This document shows positions 12,017 through 21,830 of a stretch of 64,000 bases of DNA, one piece after another; the stretch's first letter is position 1, and each line of letters starts with the position of its first letter. The notes beneath the pieces were generated by a model. That model had not been told where the DNA came from and searched no databases. It saw only the letters and a program-made list of their open reading frames with translations. Origin of the DNA: Octopus vulgaris (Eukaryota); NCBI GenBank assembly GCA_951406725.2, contig OX597831.1, positions 372,001 to 436,000 of the forward strand. Reading direction: 5' to 3'. The translations under genes and the position numbers were made by a program.

Positions 12017-15000
12017 TTGTCAGGGCTGGTGGATTGTCAGAATTGTTAGGGCATTGGAAAGAATGCCTTTTTGTATTTGTTTTCACTCTTTACATTCTTA
12101 GTTCAAATCCCACCAAGATCAACCTTTGCCTTTCATCCTTGTGGGGTTGATAAAATCAAGTACCGGTTAAATACTGAGGCTGAATGATCCTAACTAACCC
12201 CTTCTGCTCAAAATTGTTGGCCTTGTGCCTAAGTGCAGGAATTAGCAAACTGGATTAAAATATACTGGTGTCTGTCTTAATTTCTGAGCTCAAATCTTTG
12301 TCTTGGTCAACTTCATGCATCATTTCCTGGGGATCAGTAAAATAAATACCACTAATTATTGAGTGCAAACCTGGCAGTATGGTTAAGGTCCTTTCATGAC
12401 TATGTGGTTTGGGTTCAATCTCACTGTGTGGCATCTCCATAGTCTAAGGTTAACAAAGCATTTTAATGAAATTTGGTTGATGGAAATTGTGATGAAACCT
12501 ATTCTTAGGAACTGTTTTTGCATTCAGAGTGGGTTCAGGGTTAGGTAGACTTAATCTGTTGCTTGGATTAACACTACTACCAGCTCCTCATGTTGCTTTT
12601 TAGCCAAGTCCACTCGGTTGTAAGCAGTCAAGCCAGAGCTCCTGTGTCTTCCTTCAACCAGTCTTGGTAATCCCTAACTAATCTCAGCCCACTTCACCAA
12701 AGAAACATACTCCAGAAGTTAATCCAAGTAATTCTAATCTACCACCCCACACAAGCACATGCCCTGGTGGTTATGAAGCTCTACTCACAGTTGTGATTTC
12801 AATTCCTGGGCCAGTCGGTGTGTTGTGTTCTGGCACAAAACATTTCATTTCATATCCTATCACTCAACTCAGATGTACAGGTGTAATCCCACGATGGACT
12901 AGCATCTTGTTCATGGGGAATGTTGGAATTTTGGTCCCTTATACACTATGGAAACTGGCCCCACGAGCCCTGGGACTTGAAACAGTAATATCCATATGAT
13001 GATGACCCCCCCCCCCCACGATTCTTACTTTCTTTTTCCATTGTTGCATGGGTAGGGACAGCTCTCCCCTGGGCCTCACCTCACTTTACCATTTGTCATT
13101 TCCTTCATAATGTTCAGCTCCCCTGGGATTTTGCTTTCATCATTTCTTCCCATATCTTCTTTGAGTTTCTTCTTCTGGTCATGTTTCTTACACTTGGATT
13201 ACTTGACACTCCTTTACTCATCTGTCGTCCTTCATATGCATCACAAGTCCATCACAGCTCAGTCATCCCTCTTACACACCACACCTGATTCCTCTTTAGA
13301 CCTAGTTTTACTCTCAGCTCATTTCTGCTTTCGTCATTCATGCACTCTGCAATTACACATCCAATCGAGCAACTTAAATATTTTTATTACCATTATTATT
13401 ATTATTAAATTGGTGAGCCGTCAGAATTGTTACCATGATGGGCAAAATGCTTGGTGGCATTTCACCCATCTTTATTTTCTGAGTTCCACTTCGGCTGAGG
13501 TCCACTTTTCCTTTCATCCTTTCGGGGTCAATAAAATATGTACCAGTTGAACACTGGGGTCAATGCAATTGACTTATCACCTTCCCTGAAAATTGTTGGC
13601 AGTGTGCCCAAATTTGAAATCAATATTATTATTATTATTTTTATTCATAAGGCAGCAAGCTAGCAGAATTGTTAGCACATCAGACGAAAATGCTTAGCAA
13701 CATTTTTTTCCGGCTTTACAATGTGAGTTCAAATTCTGCCACGGTCCATTTTTGCCTTTCATTCTTTTGGGGGGTCAGTAAAATAAGTACCATTTATGCA
13801 CTGGATCGGTGTGATCAACTAGCACTCTCCATGCAAATTTCAATCCTTGTGTCTATAGTAGGAAGGATTAATACTTTTATTATTATTATTATTCATGGAG
13901 GTGGTGGGGCGATGATTTTTAGGACATAGGTTTTAGTTAAGTCATTATAGTTTTATACCCTGAATGCAGCTGGGCTCGACTTAGGCAACATTAGGAAATC
14001 ACTACTTTTATTATCATCATAATCATAATCACCCGCATCACTCCCATTATTATTATTATTATATATATATTTTTTATCAATGTTTATTTCTGTAAGAAAT
14101 TCCAGTGTAAAATAAAGTTTTGTGAAACTGGGCAGGGTGGTTGGGTCCTGGTGAGATTGTCATTTTTTTTTTCTTTGTCTTTTTGTATAATCTTTAAAAA
14201 AAAAAAACCCAACAAAAAACAATTAAAAACAAACTAAACAATTCTTCTAAATCAAGGCTGAGGTTTATCCCATCTCCCCTTCTGGGGTCGCTATTTGCAA
14301 TCTTCCATTCCATCACCACCATGATTTTGTTATATATTTTTTTTTTTTATTACTTGGATAGAGTTGCCTTCAACAGGTCTGTCTGTGTATGTGTCTGCCT
14401 ATTGGAATGTATGTGCGTGTGTGTGTGTGTGTTATCAACCATTCTGTATAGTGCAACCCTGCTACTATGTCACTCAAACCTTGTTCTTAATCACATCAGC
14501 CAACCACAAAAATATTAATCAGAATCTGTCATTTTATTCCATTTTTATCACCCCCCCCTATCCACCTTTTTGTCCCTATCTCTTTCTCCTTTTTTTTTTT
14601 TTTTCCATTCCTCCAAATAATAGGAATTTAAATAAAAATTGAAATTAATAAAAATTGAATTTAAAAAAAAAAATGTACAAAAATATATAAACTATTGTCA
14701 CTTTTTTAAGGCCTTATTTTCCATAGTGTTGTGTTATCAGAGCATCAGTGTATGTATGTATGTATGTATGTATGTATGTATGCGTCATGTTTCACACAGA
14801 AAACTGCCTTTGTGGCTGTTTTAGCTGTGTTAACACATTTTGTACCAAAGTGACAATCTGTCCCTGGTTCTGATATAAAATTTTTGTTTTAACTCTTTAG
14901 CATTTAAACCAGCTCAGATATTCTACCTGTTGTATGTTGAAGCTGACTGGATCTGGCCCATCGTACCTACCCTGCAATGTCATTCTGAAAATATACAATC

Positions 15001-15717
15001 ACGTCGTTAAAACCTGAAAGATAATTGCATAATTAATGCAAAACAATGTGAATGAATAAGCATTACATTTGACAAAATAATCTGAATGCTAAAGGGTTAA
15101 GTCAGCCCTATCCAGCCTGAATATTTCTACCTGTTTTTTGTTCAAAATGGCCTCTCACACATACCCAACAGTGTCATTTTCAAAACAATCACATCATCGA
15201 AATCTTGAAGCTGCTGGATAGTGCATGGTTGATTCAAAACATTGTGAATAAATAAGTATTACACTTGACAGAGTAAACTGAATGCTGTCATAAAAAAATC
15301 TGGTGTTAATTGTTCCAAACACCATTTTTACCTTTAGCATGCTGTAAGTGCATCATGTTGCCATATGAGTTTTCTCCCTTTCAGTTTCAGGCCAGTGGCA
15401 GGTGAAACAGTTCTAGAGAAACTGCAGTGTGCTAAAAGGTTAATTTTTATGAATTTTTCACGTTTTCAAAATTAATTGACATGAAGGCAGTGTCTATGTT
15501 TGCTGTTTCAGCCAGTTGCTCAATGATGGTTGCTTATCTCTCTGATTGTATCTTGTCTGAGAAAGACAATTCCATAATTTCTTGCTGAATAACCTTGCAC
15601 AAAAGTGGTTAAAGTGACTTAAAATATGAAATTTTGAAGCAAGGATTTAGTTTGTTTCAGACACACTTGTAATAAGGACAAAAGTTATTTTACTAAATTC
15701 TTCATTTGGGCATCAGC

Positions 15718-16058
15718 ATGGCTGTGTGGTAAGAAGCTGGCTCCTTAACCACATGGTCCTGGATTCAGTCCCACTGTGTGGGACCTTTGGGAAAATGTCT
15801 TATAGCCTTGGACTGACCAAAGCCTTGTGAGTGGATTTGGTAGATGGAAACTGTAAGAAGCCCATTGTATGTACATATATATATATAGTGTGTGTGTCTT
15901 TGTGTCCTGTGTTTGTCCCCTACCAATACTCGACAACTGGTGCTGGTGTGTTTACAGTCTCTAATCTAGCAATTCAGCAAAAAATACCAGGATTCAGTTG
16001 ACTAAAAATTCTTCAAGGTGGCGCCTCAGCATGGCAGATGACTGAAACAAGTAAAAGA
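15718..16058 (+). mobile_element. tRNA-derived SINE (tggctgtgtggtaag family)
   Basis: Head tggctgtgtggtaagaagc...ttcagtcccactg, tail gactgaaacaagtaaaagag. Confidence 0.72.
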
Positions 16059-16084
16059 GAATCACTGAACATAAAGCAAATATT

Positions 16085-16506
16085 GATCTGAATCGAAATC
16101 GATCAATGGAAATTGCAGATGTGTTACCAGTGCCGGTGGCATGTAAGAGAACCTTCCGTTTCGCGACCGTTGCCAGCACCACCCCGACTGGCCTCGTGCC
16201 GATGGCACGTAAAAAGCACCATCCGTTCATGTCCGTTGCCAGCCTCGCCTGGCCCTCATGCCGGTAGCACATAAAAATAACCATCCGTTCGTGGCCGTTT
16301 GCCAGCTCTGTCTGGCACCTGGGCGGGTGGCACGTAAAAAGCACCCACTACACTCACGGAGTGGTTGGCGTTAGGAAGGGCATCCAGCCATAGAAACACT
16401 GCCAGATTTGACTGGGCCTGATGAAGCCTTCTGGCTTCACAGACCCCCAGTAGAACCGTCCAACCTATGCTAGCATGGAAAACGGACGCTAAACAATGAT
16501 GATGAT
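16085..16506 (+). mobile_element. RTE-LINE 3' UTR repeat with internal ~63-bp tandem units
   Basis: Repeated gtgccggtggcacgtaaaaagcacc units; ends catgctagcatggaaaacggacgctaaacaa(TGA)n. Confidence 0.75.
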
Positions 16507-17120
16507 GTATAATATATATGTATGTGTGATGGACTTCCACACAGTTTCTGCCTACCGAATCCACTCACAAGTTATTGCTTGCTTACCCAAAGTAATCACA
16601 CAGTAGGACTGAACCCAAAAGCAAAATATTTGCAATATGTTATATATCGCCTATAATTAACAGCTGACAGGATTTGAACTCAGGAGACAGAACTAAAGTA
16701 CATACAAAGCACCTTGTTTGATACTCTGTCACTCTACCATTCCATTGCTTTAGATTGGAAAGTGAGAGGATGAAGAAGGCAGACTTGACTCCGAAAGCCT
16801 TCTCTATGCATTGCCCTTACAACTGTGCCATTCTGATGCCAAACCATGGATATATTTTGTTTCATGTCTACGAGCAGACATCTTACAATATCAGAAGAGG
16901 TTTCCTATAATAATAAACTGAGATGTTAACTTCATATAAATAAATTCAGAGATCCTTAATGGAATGGGAAAATATAATCTGAGCATCTAGGCAAAAAAAC
17001 AAACTTTAGAATAAATATGCATGGAGGTGCACCAACATAACAGTTAACCTTTTAACATTTAACTCTTTAGCATTCAAACTGGCCAGATCTAGCCTCTCAC
17101 ACCTACACTACAATGTCACA

Positions 17121-17247
17121 GGAGTGGCTGTGTGGTAAGTAGCTTGCTTACCAATCACATGGTTCCGGGTTCAGTCCCACTTGGGCGAGTGTTTTCTACT
17201 ATAGCCTCGGGCTATAGACGGAAACTGAAAGAAGCCCGTCGTGTATA

Positions 17248-17294
<47 letters not shown>

Positions 17295-17440
17295 TAGCCC
17301 CCCCCCCAACATCGCTTGACAAACGTAGCGGTTCAGCAAAACAGACCGATAGAATAAGTACTAGGCTTACAAAGAATAAGTCCTGCGGTACTCCAGCATG
17401 GCCGCAGTCAAATGACTGAAACAAGTAAAAGGGAGAGTAA
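17121..17440 (+). mobile_element. tRNA-derived SINE (tggctgtgtggtaag family)
   Basis: ggagtggctgtgtggtaagtagcttgc...ggttcagtccc...gactgaaacaagtaaaag; reverse-complement match to 60340-60668. Confidence 0.75.
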
Positions 17441-17801
17441 AGAGAATATCGTTGAAATCTCAAAAGCTGAGAATGCATGGGTAATTCAAAGTATTGTGAA
17501 TCAATAAGCATTACATTTGACAAAGTTAGCTGAATGCCAGCAGGTTTAATGACTTAGATGTTTGTATAAAATACAGTCGCATGCTGAAAACTGAATGTTT
17601 GTATTTGTGCTATTCGGTGAAAACTGGAGTGGTGTCCAGTGGTATTTCTCCTGATGAAGGACGTTTCTTTCGATACAAACACGAGGATTAAACTCAGCAC
17701 GAAGACCTTATAAAACACATGTCAATGTTTTAGTGCCGTCACGAATCACAATGAGTGACAGCACCGATTCTCTGGCTGTCTAGGCTGTATCAATCAAGGT
17801 A

Positions 17802-18223
17802 TCTCTCTATATATAAACGGCAGTTTGTCTGTCAGGTTGTACCCTCACCCTGACCACGGCTTTCAACCGATTCTAATGAAACTTGACACACACAGCCCAA
17901 TGTCATAATTCAAAGCTGACGCAGCGAAAATTTTGAAAAGTTCCCCCAGTTCTGAAAAAAAATAATCGATAAATTCGACATGGGGTCGAGAATCTAAGCT
18001 TTTTATATGCAACACATTTTCTGTCTAGCGGACACAACTCGACCTTTTTATCGCCCACAGGGACAGCTAGGAACATCGTATACACAGAAGTATTCGAGTG
18101 AAGAGAAGACATTGCAACCTACACATGCGCCTTCGTTCCCTAGAGAGAAAGGACCCGATTGGGATTAGCCGTTGCCTACTAGGGGCTCTTACATACCCGG
18201 GCAACGCCGGACTATGCTGCTAG
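17802..18223 (+). mobile_element. Non-autonomous Helitron
   Basis: A|TCTCTCTATATATAAA start, subterminal GC-rich hairpin-like motif ccgggcaacgccgg (18197-18210), CTAG|T end, no TSD. Confidence 0.75.
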
Positions 18224-18410
18224 TATTATATATATTCATAGGTTTGTTTGCATTCCCATAACTTAGCAGCCGAGTCAAAGGAAATGATGGAAAACATTTA
18301 GAAAATTTCATTAAAAAAAAAAAAAAAAAAAATTACCCATATTTCTGTATGTTGGGGGAGGAGGCTCCCGCATGTAAGGTATACCATTTATAATATCTAG
18401 TATAATATAT

Positions 18411-18611
18411 AAGGCGGCGAGTTGGTAGAATCATTAGGATGCCGGACGAAATGCTTAGCGGTATTTCGTCAGTCTTTACGTTTTGAGTTCAAATTCCGTC
18501 GAGGTACACTTTGTCTCGATAAATTAAGTACCAGTTGCGTACTGAGTCGATCTAATCGACTGGACCCCCTCCCCCAAAATTTCAGGCTTTGTGCCTAGAG
18601 TAGAAAAGAAT
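18411..18611 (+). mobile_element. tRNA-related SINE, CpG-intact copy
   Basis: aaggcggcgagttggtagaatc...gagttcaaattccgtcgagg; same family as 7989-8205. Confidence 0.72.
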
Positions 18612-18616
18612 ATCTA

Positions 18617-18719
18617 GACACTGCATCCTTTCCGAAATCCGCCGAAACTACACCTGATTATATATACACTTTAGATCAGTTGTAGTGCACCTGAGCACTG
18701 TACACAATTATTATTATAA
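18617..18719 (+). mobile_element. Short CR1/L2 3' end
   Basis: Near-identical to 896-1015 (gaaactacacctgattatatatacactttagat...acaattattatt). Confidence 0.75.
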
Positions 18720-18725
18720 TATATA

Positions 18726-18907
18726 CTAAGGGGTGCTGAAAAGTTTCTGGCTTTAAGGGTGACGCGAAGGGCCTGGCTGGAGGTCCAAACTTTCAAGTTC
18801 TTAGAAAAACTGAAGCGTGTGAATCCGAGATATGCTGAATAAAATCGTAATTAACTGATCCTCCTGTATTTTCTTTAACCCAAAGCCAGAAACTTCCCAG
18901 CACCTCG
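18726..18907. mobile_element. Mariner-like MITE
   Basis: TIR-like ends ggggtgctgaaaagtttctggcttt and aaagccagaaacttcccagcacc, TA on the left; inverted sister copy at 60820-61030. Confidence 0.6.
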
Positions 18908-18917
18908 TGTGTGTGTG

Positions 18918-19012
<95 letters not shown>
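18907..19012. repeat. Compound microsatellite (GT)n-(AT)n-(GT)n
   Basis: Directly visible dinucleotide runs. Confidence 0.95.
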
Positions 19013-19013
<1 letters not shown>

Positions 19014-19176
19014 CTTATAAGATTTGCCACTATAATCTTTTCAACCTACAATGTATAATCAAGTGCAAAAGTATTCTGTAATTTATTTCTTTTCGTATAA
19101 CAAATGGCGAGGTCTTCGCTTTCTTTTAGATAATATAATGATGTGCATTAGTAATATATTTTCTATATCTTTATCA

Positions 19177-19598
19177 GGCAATCTTTCGTCTCTAGTAGAC
19201 CTTTCCGTCGATTTCCGTAAAAAATTTTTTTTTTTTTACATATGGGCTTGCGGGAACTTTTGAAGTAATGAGAGCGAAAGAGACTAAGAGAAAGCGATTG
19301 TATGACGAGGGAAGTTCTTTTGAAGTTACCGTCCAGGGGAAGCATTGATGTACATGTGTGTGTGTTTGATGGGGTGTGGGAGACAGACAGTATTTTGTGT
19401 AAGTGAAGTGCTTCTGTTAGTGTATGGGAAGATACAGAGTAATGTGTGAAAGAAAGAGATAACTGAAATTTTTTACTCGGTGTATGTGTATATGTATGTA
19501 TATTACTTCAAAAGTTCCTGCAAGCCCATATGTAAAAAGAAAAAAAAAATATTTTTACGGAAATCGACAGAAAGGTCTACTAGAGATGAAAGATCGCC
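19177..19598. mobile_element. MITE with ~90-bp TIRs and 8-bp TSD (Merlin-like)
   Basis: GGCAATCTTTCGTCTCTAGTAGACC... / ...GGTCTACTAGAGATGAAAGATCGCC; perfect TSD CTTTATCA (19169-19176 and 19599-19606). Confidence 0.85.
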
Positions 19599-19981
19599 CT
19601 TTATCAATTTTGTTTGTCATATTAGACTGCTGTCATACCAGCACAACCTTGAATTTTAATCGAACGAATCGGCGCCAATACTTTACAATGTGGTTGCGAA
19701 GCAAACGTTTTGCCACAGCCATGCCTATAATATAAAAATTAGAAACTAAAAATGCTAGCTCTGCTTGGCTTTTAAAATATGAACCAAGGGAAATAACTCC
19801 ATTCTGGTCGATTAAGTCCCAAGTTTAGTTAGACCGTGACGAGTGGTCTTTTCACGGCTCCACGTGAAAACTGTTCATCAAACATGCTAATTTTACGCCA
19901 ATAGTTTGTCTATTCTTATACTATCGAACATGTATCTCTTTCAAGGAAATTGCATACACTAGTGTCAGCATCTTATTCGGT

Positions 19982-20347
19982 CGGATGCCCTTTCTGTTAC
20001 AAATCTGATTATAAGTAAATTTTCTTCGTGACCAGACGTATTTTCACGCGGGAAGTTGGAAAGAAAGGACACCGCTTGCATGACGGCTGCACGCGCGCGC
20101 ACACACCTTGCTCGTCGAGGTTATCTACGAAAATACCCGCGGTGTGTTGAAGGTGTATTTTGAGAATGTCGTCACCGCTATGGATGTTGTCTATGCTCAG
20201 AAAAGACAAGGCATTGGGTTTCTTTTAGTTCCCACCTGCCAAATACACCGGCAGGGTTTTTGGTCAGCCGGGGGGTGTTGTAGAAGACGCTCAAGTCGCC
20301 ATCAAGTTGGATTGAACCTAAGACTTCTTAATCACACCTACTCCTCT
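19982..20347 (-). mobile_element. Degraded tRNA-derived SINE interrupted by the H4 fragment
   Basis: 20217-20347 matches the reverse complement of the SINE head and body (tagaagac, ttgaacc); 19982-20106 resembles the SINE tail segment near 46880-46990. Confidence 0.6.
20107..20212 (+). pseudogene. Histone H4 fragment with two internal deletions
   Basis: CTT GCT CGT CGA GGT (LARRG), frameshift, then IYENTRGVLKVYFENV, then VTAMDVVYAQKRQG. This matches canonical H4 LARRG[GVKRISGL]IYEETRGVLKVFLENV[IRDAVTYTEHAKRKT]VTAMDVVYALKRQG. Confidence 0.9.
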
Positions 20348-20362
20348 CCCATGACAAAAGTC

Positions 20363-20740
20363 GGCGATGTTTCGCTTGTCGTAGCACAGGTTTCCGTCGA
20401 TTTCCGTAAAAAATGTAAACACTGAATCGGCCATACATACATACACACACATACATACATACACACACGCATACATACATATACACCGAGTAAAAAATTT
20501 CAGTTATCTCTCTTTCACACATTACTCTGTCTCTTCGCACACACTAACAGAAGCACTTCACTTACACAACATACTGTCTGTCTCCCACACCCCATCAAAC
20601 ACACACACGGGGACTTCAAAGAGAAACTTCCTCGTCATAAAATCGCTTCCTCTTAGTCTCTTTCGCTCTCATTACTTATGTAAAAAAATAAGTTTACGGA
20701 AATCGACGGAAACCTGTGCTACGACAAGCGAAACATCGCC
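20363..20740. mobile_element. MITE with perfect 48-bp TIRs and 8-bp TSD (Merlin-like), inverted relative to 19177-19598
   Basis: GGCGATGTTTCGCTTGTCGTAGCACAGGTTTCCGTCGATTTCCGTAAA and its exact reverse complement; TSD CAAAAGTC / CAAATGTC; interior is the reverse complement of the first MITE interior. Confidence 0.85.
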
Positions 20741-20760
20741 CAAATGTCTTATGGAGATCA

Positions 20761-21300
20761 TTTACTTCTTTACTTACTTGTGACGGCGTTCACCCAGGGT
20801 GGGTTGAGCCGGCTTCTTCTCTGGTCCTGACGGCATCACGAACCATGGCGGCCCACGCTCGATGGTGCTGTGCGAGGTCACAAGAGATAGCGAGCCATCC
20901 GCGGTTCTATCTGCGGACCTGAGAGGTCCTCCTTTAGCGTCGTTGCCCAGGTCTTCAGCTGCTCGCCCGTGCATTTGCACCAGTTGGGAAGTGGAGGTGG
21001 GAGGAGGACATTGCGAATCAGCTCGCCCCCTGGACGCCATGACCGAACCAACTTAAGCGCCTTTCCTACCCTGAAGTCCAACCCCTCCTCAAAGCGGTAG
21101 GGTGGTGTAAACGGGCAGTGTTAGAACTATGCCGTCGGGAACTTCGGTTCGGTTCCTGGTAGGACCACCGAAGGTGGATTGGTCTGGCACCGAGCTGTAT
21201 TAGGGCTGCTTCGCGGTCGTTCTGTCCCTGCGTCTGTGGAGACTGCGGCAAACAGGGCGTCCCATCACTCGGGATATGCATGTGGGATGTCGAGGACCGC
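20761..21300 (-). mobile_element. RTE-clade LINE 3' fragment (frameshifted)
   Basis: Minus-strand pieces RPGGELIR...LLPPPLPNW...GEQLKTWATTLKEDL and CDLAQHHRAWAAMVRDAV...GSTHPG-stop, followed by an (AAGT)n-like tail; GC-rich. Confidence 0.75.
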
Positions 21301-21482
21301 TTGTGAATTCAATATTCCCACGAAACTTATGAATCCTACTACCACCATGGCAATAAATACGAATTATCTACCTATGCAACCATTTACCTCTTTAGTATTT
21401 AGATTAGTCAAACGTAACGCTCATTTATTTACATTGCTTTGAATTAATCATGCATCACCTCATAGGTTTGAGATTTCAATGA

Positions 21483-21830
21483 TCATCATCATCGTTTAAC
21501 GTCCGTTCTCCATGCTAGCATGGGTTGGACGGCTCGACCGGGGATCTGGGAAGCCAAATGGCTGTACCAGGCTCCAGTCTTATCTGGCAATGTTTCTACA
21601 GCTGGATGCCCTTCCTAACGCCAACCACTCCGCGAGTGTAGTGGGTGCTTTTTACGTGCCACCTGCACAGGTGCCAGGTGAGGCTGGCAACGGCCACGGT
21701 CGGATTGGTATATTTTACGTGCCACCGGCACGGAGGCCAGTCGAGGCGGCGCTGGCATCGGCCATGAGTCGGATAGTTCTTTTTACGTACCACCAGACCA
21801 GGGATCCTGGCTGGTTCAATTCGATTTCGA
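21483..21830 (-). mobile_element. RTE-LINE 3' UTR repeat inserted in a TTAA MITE
   Basis: (CAT)n-cgtttaacgtccgttctccatgctagc...; flanked by gatttcaatgat / gatttcgaatgat. Confidence 0.72.

Noticed and set aside
16131-16350. Regularly spaced repeats resembling a CRISPR array
   Set aside because: The intervening segments are homologous to each other (tandem units), the context is a eukaryotic retroelement, and there are no cas genes.
19843-19863. ggtcttttcacggctccac resembling a histone 3' stem-loop
   Set aside because: The stem does not pair properly, and it lies upstream rather than downstream of the H4 fragment.
20020-20095. Weak ubiquitin-like or H2B-like codon resemblance upstream of the H4 fragment
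   Set aside because: Better explained as the diverged SINE tail segment also seen near 46880-46990; the protein match needs several indels.
20108-20425. 105-aa ORF as a functional H4 variant
   Set aside because: It has a TTG start, lacks the N-terminal tail and part of the histone fold, and its C-terminal two-thirds are SINE and MITE sequence.
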